Shown in pieces: positions 51,757-62,291 of a stretch of DNA of 62,450 nucleotides (positions within the stretch are counted from its first letter, which is position 1; every line of letters starts with the position of its first letter). The stretch spans positions 1-62,450 of the forward strand of contig CAYTTZ010000001.1 in NCBI GenBank assembly GCA_964440945.1, read 5' to 3'. The position numbers and the translations under genes were made by a program. The notes below the pieces were generated by a model. The model saw only the letters and a program-made list of their open reading frames with translations, was not told where the DNA came from and did not search any database. The stretch is from an uncultured Woeseiaceae bacterium. Lineage in GTDB: Bacteria > Pseudomonadota > Gammaproteobacteria > Steroidobacterales > Woeseiaceae.

Positions 51757-52173
51757 ATGTCTGAAGATCACAAAGCTACGGAAGAACGTCGTCGATTCCT
51801 TAAGATCGTGGGTGGTGGTGCCGTGCTGATGCCAATTGTGGGCCTGAGCGCGTGCTCGGGCGGCGAGGACAAGGCGCCTGACGAAGGCGCGGCTAAAGCC
51901 GATTTCAAGCCTGCTGCTGAAGCGCCGGCGAAACCCAGCGGTATGCCACAGATCAGTGAGGACGACCCCCAGGCGAAATCGCTCGGCTATGTACATGACG
52001 TGTCATCCATCGACTCCACGAAGCAGTCACGCTTCAAGGCCGGCCAGGCCTGTTCAAACTGCGCCCTCTACCAGGGTAAGGCCGGTGACGATTGGGCTGG
52101 ATGTTCGATCTTTCCTGGCAAAGCGGTTAAAGGAACGGGCTGGTGCACGGTATACGCGCCCAAACCCGGCTAG
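51757..52173 (+). CDS. hip: high-potential iron-sulfur protein (HiPIP) with Tat signal and lipobox
   Basis: Twin-arginine RRRFLK, lipobox LSAC. C-terminal 4-Cys HiPIP core CSNCALYQGK....WAGCSIFPGK.V...GWCTVYA. Confidence 0.85.
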   Translation: MSEDHKATEERRRFLKIVGGGAVLMPIVGLSACSGGEDKAPDEGAAKADFKPAAEAPAKPSGMPQISEDDPQAKSLGYVHDVSSIDSTKQSRFKAGQACSNCALYQGKAGDDWAGCSIFPGKAVKGTGWCTVYAPKPG

Positions 52174-52176
52174 TAC

Positions 52177-52497
52177 TCAGCACGCCGCCGCACGCTTTTC
52201 GTTAATCAACAGCAGTAGCTCGGCGGCTGCCTCGGCACGCCGAGCGCGCGGTGGTGCTCCCGCAGCGCTATGCCATGGTTTTCGCATAGCGCTGCGAGAC
52301 TGTAGGACTTGTGGCCGGGGTAGCGAACGCAACCGGCGGACAAGGTCGATGTGCCGATCGGGCAATGCGTGCGCATAGTGACTCGCGACGAAATCGAGCA
52401 TCTCCATGAAGTGCTCATGGTAGTGGAACGTTGGCAGCGGGCCGCGTCGTTTAACCAGGACCCGATGCGTCTGATCATAAGACTGCTCGGTACTCAT
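52177..52497 (-). pseudogene. remnant of a DnaQ-like 3'-5' exonuclease gene (truncated, two frameshifts)
   Basis: Splicing the two listed minus-strand frames gives IDLVRRLRSLP / GHKSYSLAALCENHGIALREHHRALG / (D)AEAAAELLLLINE. This matches the ExoIII end of DnaQ-type domains (H-x4-D). The junctions fall at the C4 run (plus-strand gggg, 52317-52320) and near 52237-52239. ExoI and ExoII are absent. Confidence 0.45.
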
Positions 52498-52576
52498 GCA
52501 GGTTAATTCAGTCGACGATGTCGCCTTTTGGGGCGGCTTTGCAACGCACCAAATCGAACTGCCTGCCGAAAGTAAG

Positions 52577-53353
52577 TCAGGGCTTTGGTATCAGCGCGGC
52601 GACTCTTTCGCCCCACTGCGCGTAGACACCCGGTCCGGGATGAAAGCCGTCGCTCGCCATGAGCGTCGTATCGACCGTAAACCGCAAGTCCAGAAACGTC
52701 GTGGCATCGTCAGCAGCGACGTCTCGCTGCAGGTCGTCATTAAACTGCGTAGCGCGCGCACCGATGACCCAGCGCAGCGGCTGCGGTAGAGCCGGAAAGC
52801 CGTGCAACGGTGGGAGCCCGGAGACCAGAAGCGTGTCTACCCCGAATTTTTCCCTGAGAACCGACCGAAGCTCGGCCTGCTGGCGCCGCCACTTGTCGCG
52901 ACCCACCAATCCAGTCACGTCGTTTACGCCGAGCGAGATTACCGCGACGTCATAGCGCTGCGCCGGCTGTGCGTCCAGCCATCGCAAAATAGCTGCCGTT
53001 TTATTTCCCGTCTTTGCCCTGAGGGCCCAGGTCACACGGAAGTCGCCGCTGAGCCTTGAGACGACTTGTCCAAGCAAAGCGTCGTCCTGATGCGAGGCGC
53101 CTACACCAGCGGCCGCCGAGTCGCCGAGTATCAGCAGTGTCAACGGAGGCCCATTGCCGTCTGTGCCATCCCGCGCACCGGGGGGCTCAGGCAGTTTCGG
53201 TACCGTCCGGCGCGTCACGAGACCCTGCGCCAACAAAATGGGCGCAAGGATCGTTCCAGTCAAAACGACCAGCCCTGGCTCGAAACGCTTCCAGTATCCG
53301 GCGCGCTTGCCATTGGTAGCTTTTTCCTCGTTCAATAGGGGCCCCTGGTCCAT
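52577..53353 (-). CDS. SGNH/GDSL-family hydrolase with N-terminal membrane anchor
   Basis: Block I LILGDSAAAG, block III SLGVNDV, block V SDGFHPG. Start moved to the ATG at 53353, because the upstream part of the long ORF is antisense to a recognisable plus-strand gene. Confidence 0.75.
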   Translation of the reverse strand: MDQGPLLNEEKATNGKRAGYWKRFEPGLVVLTGTILAPILLAQGLVTRRTVPKLPEPPGARDGTDGNGPPLTLLILGDSAAAGVGASHQDDALLGQVVSRLSGDFRVTWALRAKTGNKTAAILRWLDAQPAQRYDVAVISLGVNDVTGLVGRDKWRRQQAELRSVLREKFGVDTLLVSGLPPLHGFPALPQPLRWVIGARATQFNDDLQRDVAADDATTFLDLRFTVDTTLMASDGFHPGPGVYAQWGERVAALIPKP

Positions 53354-53437
53354 AGATATCGGCACTCGGTCATATTGTGGCTGCGAATTGCCAAGACTAG
53401 CGAACTTTCTTGCTCTTTCGAAGATCGAAGTGCTGTC

Positions 53438-53653
53438 ATGAACCCCGTAAATCCTAAAAAACTTCTGCATAGCAAATGGACCGCCGTAGAGCCACGGGGT
53501 CGCCAGAAACACTTCATTGTTACCAAGGTAGTGGAGGACGATGCCAGCGTACCGCAACTGTGTGTGCTCGAGGCGGTATACAGCAATCGGGAAATAAGAC
53601 TGGACTGGCGCGCCCTTGGTGATAGTACCGTATGGAAAGTCGGCTGGAAGTGA
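53438..53653 (+). CDS. small tryptophan-rich conserved protein (TIGR02450-type, recalled from memory)
   Basis: MNPVNPKKLLHSKWTAVEPRGRQKHFIVTKV....LEAVYSNREIRLDWRALGDSTVWKVGWK matches the remembered signature KKLL.SKWTAV.P...EKHF.V.....LEAV......I.W..L.D...W..GW. Confidence 0.65.
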   Translation: MNPVNPKKLLHSKWTAVEPRGRQKHFIVTKVVEDDASVPQLCVLEAVYSNREIRLDWRALGDSTVWKVGWK

Positions 53654-53714
53654 TCCTGAAATGCGAAACGCCAGTCACCCCGCGCTGGACCAGCCGCTGC
53701 ACAAGCAAGGCAGG

Positions 53715-54605
53715 TCAAAGACCTAAATCGTCGAGCGCTTTACAGGTTCGCTCGTAACCGAGCTCGGCCATTTCCTCCGCGCGATTAAACTCGAAAAAGG
53801 TGCACGCGTCTCGCGGGATCTTCACAACCAGGTCCGGCGCGTAAGCAGCCAATTTCAGTCTCGCGATGGCACCCTGCATGACGTCAATCGACTTTACGAG
53901 CAGATCCGCCGCATCCGGCGTCGCTTGCTCTGAGTCCTCGCTCTCCAGCAGCTGGGCGACAAAATTCGAGATCTTCTCTCTATAATTGTCCTCCGGCCGA
54001 GATTGCCGATCAGGCGTTGCTTTTTTCTTTGCGTGTCCGTGACCGTCTTCCGTGCCGCTGAGATTTACAGCAATGGTCAGGTCGGTCGAATCGTTCAGCG
54101 TGGGCGCGATAGGTATCGGATTGACCAGGCCGCCGTCCACGAGTGTGCGACCGTTCAGATCAACGGGGGCAAATACGCCAGGCACCGCCGTCGAGGCACG
54201 GATAGCACGAAACAATGATCCGCTGTTCAGCCAAACCTCTCGCTGTTCTTCGAGAGCGGTCGCAACCGCTGTAAACCCCTTGTCGAGATCCTCGATCTTG
54301 CGATCGCCGACGAGCTCCTTGAGGACTTCGATTATCCGTTCGCCCTTGAATATTGACGTCCACGTAAAGGAAAAATCCAGGAGCTTCACCACGTCACTCT
54401 TTTCGAGCTCGTAAGCCCAATCCGTGTAGGTAGCGAGCTCGTCGGCCGCATAGATGCCCCCGATGACTGCGCCCATCGAGGTGCCAGAGATGTTGGAGAT
54501 CGGCAAGCCGCGCTCTTCAATGGCTCGAATGACGCCTATATGCGCGTGACCGCGCGCGCCGCCGCTGCCGAGAACCAGCGATACCGTCTTTTTTTGTTCG
54601 CTCAT
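53715..54605 (-). CDS. rssA: patatin-like phospholipase (RssA-like)
   Basis: LVLGSGGARGHAHIGVIRAIEE, nucleophile GTSMG, catalytic LVDGGLVNPIP. Start taken at MSEQKKT. Confidence 0.85.
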   Translation of the reverse strand: MSEQKKTVSLVLGSGGARGHAHIGVIRAIEERGLPISNISGTSMGAVIGGIYAADELATYTDWAYELEKSDVVKLLDFSFTWTSIFKGERIIEVLKELVGDRKIEDLDKGFTAVATALEEQREVWLNSGSLFRAIRASTAVPGVFAPVDLNGRTLVDGGLVNPIPIAPTLNDSTDLTIAVNLSGTEDGHGHAKKKATPDRQSRPEDNYREKISNFVAQLLESEDSEQATPDAADLLVKSIDVMQGAIARLKLAAYAPDLVVKIPRDACTFFEFNRAEEMAELGYERTCKALDDLGL

Positions 54606-54734
54606 AGTCCCGTATTGTATAGCCCTGCGGAGCGAATGGCGCCTCGAACTGACGTAAGGCCGGAAATTGAAAATCACGCTGCCCTGCCCTACAGTGGCGG
54701 CAATTCGGATTTATACGCCGAGTTGGGGAAGCTC

Positions 54735-55199
54735 ATGAACGACGACCTGAAAAAAACCCAGCGGATTGTGCCCAAGCCTAAAGTCAGGACCGACGATCGT
54801 GGGCGTACTGTCTGGGACGACACCATAAAGACCGCCAACCTGGAACTCGTCTCGACGCAGATGCTTAAGCGACTTATCGACGATGCGGACCATGCCACGT
54901 CCAGTCACCTGCAAGAGGTTTCCAAAGGAAAAGACGGCGTGCTGGCGCACGACCCCGACCAAGGTCGGTTTGAGATTATTAGCGATGAGGAGCTCGAGCA
55001 CATCCTCAAAGGGACGGATGGCGAGTACAATGCTAAGAAAGCTGCGGTAATCGAAGAGCCTCAGGTGGAGACTGTCGCCGAGGACCAGGAACTGGAGCTC
55101 GTCAGTACACAGATGCTGAGACAGATTCTGAGCCCCGAGGATTTCAGCGAGGACGATGACAGCCCTGGCGGCGGATTCGATCCGTACGATCACACCTGA
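54735..55199 (+). CDS. acidic hypothetical protein with internal LELVSTQML repeat
   Basis: ATG at 54735. The longer ORF from 54540 is antisense to rssA. Two copies of the repeat: NLELVSTQMLKRLI and ELELVSTQMLRQIL. C-terminal GGGFDPYDHT. Confidence 0.5.
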   Translation: MNDDLKKTQRIVPKPKVRTDDRGRTVWDDTIKTANLELVSTQMLKRLIDDADHATSSHLQEVSKGKDGVLAHDPDQGRFEIISDEELEHILKGTDGEYNAKKAAVIEEPQVETVAEDQELELVSTQMLRQILSPEDFSEDDDSPGGGFDPYDHT

Positions 55200-55319
55200 T
55201 ACCTGCCCGTTACTTCACTACACCTGTGATGGCAGGCGACTTCGCGCTTTGCCGATCGTTGTAGCGCGACACATTAACTGAGAGCATTACCCGGGTTTGC
55301 GGATACTAAGGAAGGTCTC

Positions 55320-55949
55320 ATGGGATTGAACACAGCGATCATTTACGGCAGCGCTCGCCAGGCACGACAGGGCATCAAGGCGGCTCGTTTCGTTGCCAGG
55401 ATGCTCGAGCAACGCGGTCATACGGTTACCTTGATCGACTCGGAGCAATACGATTTGCCGCTGCTTGATCGGATGTACAAGGAATACGAGACCGGTACTG
55501 CCCCAGCAGGCATGACGGCAATCAGTGACGCTCTGAAAGCGGCAGATGGCTTTGTGATCGTGAGTGCCGAATACAATCACAGCGTGCCGGCCGCGCTCAA
55601 GAACCTGCTGGATCATTTCCAGGGCGAGTACCTGTACAAGCCCAGTGCGATCGTCACGTATTCCGCCGGGCCGTTCGGTGGTGTTCGAGCGCTCGTCAAC
55701 CTTCGCGCGATCCTCGCCGAACTCGGCACGCCCAGCATCCCGAGTGCGTTTCCCGTTTCGCAAGTGCACAAGGCCTTCGACGATGAGGGCAACGCATTAG
55801 AGGCCTCCTATGAGAAACGCATAATGAAGTTCCTCGACGAGTACGAGTGGTATGCTGACGCGCTTCGTCAAAAACGAGGCGCAGAATCATGCGATAAGGA
55901 ACTTCCGGCGCAGCAGGCGCTTTGCCGGGGCAGCCAGGATAGCGACTAG
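55320..55949 (+). CDS. NADPH-dependent FMN reductase family flavoprotein
   Basis: N-terminal IIYGSARQARQG, the block VSAEYNHSVPAALKNLLD, and a flavodoxin-like length. Confidence 0.75.
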   Translation: MGLNTAIIYGSARQARQGIKAARFVARMLEQRGHTVTLIDSEQYDLPLLDRMYKEYETGTAPAGMTAISDALKAADGFVIVSAEYNHSVPAALKNLLDHFQGEYLYKPSAIVTYSAGPFGGVRALVNLRAILAELGTPSIPSAFPVSQVHKAFDDEGNALEASYEKRIMKFLDEYEWYADALRQKRGAESCDKELPAQQALCRGSQDSD

Positions 55950-56091
55950 ATTTGCAATTTTGGCGCACGTTTCTCAGAATCGCCTGTCGGAAATTTCGAA
56001 ATGCGTCCTGACTTGCCCGCCAGTGTTAGACCAACGGCCAATAAACCAGCCGACGTGTCCCTGAATTTAAACCAACAAAGAGCTCACAAAC

Positions 56092-56565
56092 ATGATTAAT
56101 CTGAGGACTTTTTTCTCCGTCGTTGTTGCCTCGACTTTTGTTCTGTCATCTTGTTCGGTCGCGGAAGACGAGGCGCCCGCTCCTGACGGTGATGATCCCC
56201 GCCAAGAGCGTCATGAGCTGATGGAGGGTGTCGGCAAGGCAGCAAAGCCTGTCGGCAAAATGTTGAAAGGCGAGCTCGAATACGATGCGGAGGTCGTCAT
56301 GACTTCGTTACAGACATGGCACGATGCCTCGACAGAGTTCGGCGATCTGTTTCCGCCGGGCAGCGAAACCGGCATGGAGACCGAGGCAGCCCCGGCGATT
56401 TGGGATGACCGGGTCGGCTTCGAAGAAGCGCTCGTGACGTTCCGCGAAGCCGCCGAAGCCGCCATCGCCGCCAAGCCGATGACGCTCGAAGCAGCGAAGC
56501 CGGCTGTCGGGCCTGTCTTTAAGACCTGCAAGGGCTGCCACGATACTTATCGAATCGAAGACTAG
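56092..56565 (+). CDS. cytochrome c' (class II c-type cytochrome), probable lipoprotein
   Basis: Signal peptide with lipobox LSSC. Four-helix-bundle length. A single C-terminal haem site CKGCHDTYR. Confidence 0.8.
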   Translation: MINLRTFFSVVVASTFVLSSCSVAEDEAPAPDGDDPRQERHELMEGVGKAAKPVGKMLKGELEYDAEVVMTSLQTWHDASTEFGDLFPPGSETGMETEAAPAIWDDRVGFEEALVTFREAAEAAIAAKPMTLEAAKPAVGPVFKTCKGCHDTYRIED

Positions 56566-56601
56566 GCTGCGCGACCGAAGCCGCCGCGTGAGGAGCGCCT
56601 G

Positions 56602-57519
56602 ATGAGGCGCACAGGCCTTGCTCTCGCGGCTATGTTTGTGGCTGCCGGCCTGGGGGGCTGGTGGATTACCGAACCCCGGCCAGTCACGGCAGACGACCTG
56701 CCCAACCATGTGCCCGACTCGACTGCGGGCGAGCGGATCTTCTGGGCGGGCGGTTGCGCCTCGTGCCATGCCACCCCGGTCAACGACAAGCGCGCCAAAG
56801 GTGACGACAAGCTGTTGCTTGGCGGCGGTCAGGAGCTGGAAACACCGTACGGTATTTTTCGCGTGCCGAATATTTCGTCGCACGACAATGACGGCATCGG
56901 CAGCTGGTCGATGATCGAATTCGTCAATGCGATGCAGCATGGCATTTCGCCCGACAAGCGCCACTACTACCCGTCGTTCCCCTACACTTCGTACGCAAGA
57001 ATGGCTGTCGAAGACGTCATCGACCTGCGCGCTTACCTCGACACGTTGCCGTCAGTACCGGGGAAGATCGCCGACCATACGCTCGGATTTCCCTGGACGA
57101 TACGCAGAGGTATTGGTGCCTGGAAATGGCGCTACATGAAACCCCGGCCAATCATTCGATTCGAGTCACCCGACGCAACTGTCGAACGTGGCCGTGAACT
57201 CGTCGAAGGCGTCGGACACTGCGCTGAATGTCACACACCCCGTGACAGCTTCGGCGGCCTGATTCCGGATCTCTGGCTGGCCGGTGCACCCAACCCGGAG
57301 GGGCGAGGACGCATCCCGAACATAACTGCAGGCGGCAAGAATACGGCCGACTGGTCGGCTGGAGACATCACCTACTACCTCGAGAGCGGTTTTACGCCCG
57401 AGTACGACACAGTCGGTGGTTCGATGGTTGCGGTGCAGGAAAATATGGCAATGTTGCCGAAAGCCGACCGCGAAGCGATCGCTGCTTACCTGAAGGCGAT
57501 CCCGGCAGTACGAAACTAG
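56602..57519 (+). CDS. membrane-anchored diheme c-type cytochrome
   Basis: N-terminal anchor. Two CXXCH sites, GCASCHA and HCAECHTP. Confidence 0.85.
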   Translation: MRRTGLALAAMFVAAGLGGWWITEPRPVTADDLPNHVPDSTAGERIFWAGGCASCHATPVNDKRAKGDDKLLLGGGQELETPYGIFRVPNISSHDNDGIGSWSMIEFVNAMQHGISPDKRHYYPSFPYTSYARMAVEDVIDLRAYLDTLPSVPGKIADHTLGFPWTIRRGIGAWKWRYMKPRPIIRFESPDATVERGRELVEGVGHCAECHTPRDSFGGLIPDLWLAGAPNPEGRGRIPNITAGGKNTADWSAGDITYYLESGFTPEYDTVGGSMVAVQENMAMLPKADREAIAAYLKAIPAVRN

Positions 57520-57534
57520 GTTGAGCTTGACAAT

Positions 57535-58467
57535 ATGCGTGACTCTTTAAGGGGCCTGTACTTCTTCAGCCGCTTTGCCTACAGCTTTAGCGCGCTGGGT
57601 TTTCGCCAGCAGCGTTTATTCTGGAAGGATCGACCAGGCGATTTTCGTGACCAGCGATGGCTGGTCACCGGCGCCTCAGGCGGTATTGGTCGTGCAATTA
57701 CACAGGGTGCTGCTGCTCACGGCGCTGGTGTGCTTGCCGCGGCGCGCAGCGCAGATAAACTCTCGCAACTGATTCAAGACACCGGTGAGAATGTTACGTC
57801 TCGTCCAACGGACTTGTCATTGACGCACGAAGTCGAGGGCCTGCTGGACGAACTCGCAGCGTCCAACAGCGGTGCGACAATTGACGTCCTTGTGAATAAC
57901 GTGGGCGTGCTTCTGAACAAGCACCAACTCAGCAATGAGGGCTATGAGCTATCCTTCGCCACCAACCTTCTAAATCATTATGTGCTTACCAAAGGACTCA
58001 TCGAGCGTGGGTTGCTTGCTGATGACGCCATCGTCATCAACATGTCCTCCGGCGGCATGTATAACGTGCCACTGAAAATTAACCAACTCAACGTTCTTGA
58101 CCCAAAAAAATACGACGGCGTGCTGGCCTACGCGTATCAAAAGCGCGCGCAGGTTGTACTGAACTCATGGTGGCAGGAGCGCTATGCAGATCGAGACTGG
58201 CGTTTCTATGTGATGCATCCGGGATGGGTGGACACCGAGGGCGTAAAGACGTCGCTTCCAGCGTTCCGTAAACTATTCCAGCACGTGCTGCGCGATGCGG
58301 CGGCTGGCGCCGACACGGCGCTATGGCTCGCTTCGGCGCGCCCGACGCAGGACGACGACGGGGCTATCTGGTTTGACCGCAAGGAACAATCGGCTCACCT
58401 GGGAAGCTCCACGCGTCGCGACGTTGATAGCGCTGAAGCACTGGTCGAGTTTCTGGACAGCCTGTAA
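57535..58467 (+). CDS. SDR-family oxidoreductase
   Basis: TGASGGIGRA, NNVG, YAYQK (YxxxK). Confidence 0.8.
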   Translation: MRDSLRGLYFFSRFAYSFSALGFRQQRLFWKDRPGDFRDQRWLVTGASGGIGRAITQGAAAHGAGVLAAARSADKLSQLIQDTGENVTSRPTDLSLTHEVEGLLDELAASNSGATIDVLVNNVGVLLNKHQLSNEGYELSFATNLLNHYVLTKGLIERGLLADDAIVINMSSGGMYNVPLKINQLNVLDPKKYDGVLAYAYQKRAQVVLNSWWQERYADRDWRFYVMHPGWVDTEGVKTSLPAFRKLFQHVLRDAAAGADTALWLASARPTQDDDGAIWFDRKEQSAHLGSSTRRDVDSAEALVEFLDSL

Positions 58468-58477
58468 ACTTCCGGAT

Positions 58478-58870
58478 ATGTCCTATGCCAAAGCCTACCT
58501 CGGAACGACAATTCCGTTCCTTGTCATCGATGCAATCTGGATCCGCTTCTTCGTTGGCGGCTACTACCGCGAAACCGTCGGGCACCTGCTGCTAGACACG
58601 CCCAATTTTGCTGCGGCGAGCGTCTTCTATCTCGCCTATACCGCCGGCGTTGTCTTCCTTGCCGTGCAGCCGGCCATCACTGCGCAAAAATTGAAGACGG
58701 CACTGATTAATGGGGGCGTTCTGGGTGCCATCGCTTACGGCACCTTCACACTTACCAACTTTTCAGTGTTGCAGGGCTGGACGACCGGGCTGGTCGTCTC
58801 CGACATCCTTTGGGGGACCTTCCTCACCGGCCTGTCGGCAGGATGCGGCTACCTGTTTGCACGCCGGTAG
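58478..58870 (+). CDS. DUF2177-like small integral membrane protein
   Basis: 130 aa with 4 TM segments. Start at MSYAKAYLG, 10 nt after the SDR stop. Family assignment is from memory of the length and of the pattern IDAIW...Y..T....W...D..WG. Confidence 0.6.
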   Translation: MSYAKAYLGTTIPFLVIDAIWIRFFVGGYYRETVGHLLLDTPNFAAASVFYLAYTAGVVFLAVQPAITAQKLKTALINGGVLGAIAYGTFTLTNFSVLQGWTTGLVVSDILWGTFLTGLSAGCGYLFARR

Positions 58871-59130
58871 ATTAACCGGCTCGCCAATCTTGTCTTCGGG
58901 AATCAGCGCGGCGACGGCGTCGCAGCCAGCTGTACGACAGTCGCTCCCTCCCACCAATGATCGGGCCCGTTGGCGCACCCGCCATGATGCACAGTCAGTC
59001 CTGCGGGCAATCGATTCACGAAACAAGGAACTGATGCTGCCAATCGGATTCGGCGCCGTCGTGTCTCAGCATCCGACCGAACACGTGCCGGGACAGACAA
59101 GAAACCGAAGTAGGTTTATGATTCGTTTAG

Positions 59131-61194
<2,064 letters not shown>

Positions 61195-61215
61195 GTTCTC
61201 AATTTGGCGAAGCAC

Positions 61216-62205
61216 ATGAAAGCCATCACGTACTCAGACTACGGGCCACCTGGCGTCCTGCATCTCAGCGATGTCGCGAAACCGGTACCGAAAAACGATG
61301 AAGTCCTGATACGGGTGCACGCGGTTGAGGCAACGAAAGCCGACGTTGAGATGCGAAGTTTCCGATTTGCGGTGAAGTGGTTCTGGCTACCCTTGCGGCT
61401 CGCACTCGGCGTACGAAGACCAAGACGTCAGATTCTGGGCGGATACTTCGCCGGTAAGGTTGATTCCGTTGGCAAAAACGTCACCGATTTCTCGACGGGG
61501 GACCAGGTGTTTGGCACAGCCGGTCTCCGGTTTGGTGCTTACGGTGAGTATGTCGCCCTGCCGGCAAGCAACACTATCGTCACCAAGCCCGGCAATATGA
61601 ACTTTGCAGAGGCCGCAGCCGTGCCTTTGGGCGGACTCAACGCGCTTCATTTCATGAGGCTTGCTGCAATCAAGGCAGGAGATAAAGTGCTGGTAAACGG
61701 TGCGGGCGGCAGCATCGGAGCGCATGCGGTTCAGATCGCTAAGTCGATGGGCGCCGAGGTCACAGCCGTCGACAGCGGCATCAAGGAAGACCTGTTGAGG
61801 CAACTCGGAGCGGACCAGTTCGTTGATTATACGAAAGCAGACTTCACAACGATGGGTCATGCTTACGATGTCATTTTCGACATGGTTGCGGGCAGCTCCT
61901 ATTCCGCCTGCATCAAGACCCTCAATCCCAACGGACGCTATTTGATCGGCAACCCACGCATTTCCGTCATGCTTCGTTCGGTTTTCACGACCCGATTCAG
62001 CAACAAGACAGCCAGTTTCGCTTTCGCAAAGGAAACACGAGAGGAATTGCACGCGCTCAGGGAAATGATTGAGGACGGAACGATCAGGTCGATCGTTGAT
62101 AAGGTCTATTCGATGGAGCAAGCCGCGGATGCGCACAGTCGCGTCGAGACTGAGCAGCGACTTGGGGCTATCGTTATAGCGATCGGTGACGACCGTATCG
62201 GTTAA
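61216..62205 (+). CDS. MDR-superfamily NAD(P)-dependent oxidoreductase (quinone oxidoreductase / zinc-type ADH-like)
   Basis: MKAITYSDYGPPGVL.L......P..DEVLIRVHA. Cofactor loop VLVNGAGGSIGAHAVQIAK. C-terminal RLGAIVI. Confidence 0.85.
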   Translation: MKAITYSDYGPPGVLHLSDVAKPVPKNDEVLIRVHAVEATKADVEMRSFRFAVKWFWLPLRLALGVRRPRRQILGGYFAGKVDSVGKNVTDFSTGDQVFGTAGLRFGAYGEYVALPASNTIVTKPGNMNFAEAAAVPLGGLNALHFMRLAAIKAGDKVLVNGAGGSIGAHAVQIAKSMGAEVTAVDSGIKEDLLRQLGADQFVDYTKADFTTMGHAYDVIFDMVAGSSYSACIKTLNPNGRYLIGNPRISVMLRSVFTTRFSNKTASFAFAKETREELHALREMIEDGTIRSIVDKVYSMEQAADAHSRVETEQRLGAIVIAIGDDRIG

Positions 62206-62291
62206 TCGATCGGGAAATCAAGCAGCAGTGCTTTTTCGTTATTAGAAGTGTCGGAAATTATCATTGCTCGATACTCGCAACAGGCCGGTGT

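Noticed and set aside
53715-54605. The patatin-like phospholipases (here and at 28208..29740) as possible CBASS-type or other defence effectors.
   Set aside because: No cyclase/CD-NTase, no E1/E2/JAB accessory genes and no other defence hallmarks are nearby. One copy is RssA-like housekeeping. The other has the DUF3336 lipase architecture and sits beside lipid-synthesis genes.
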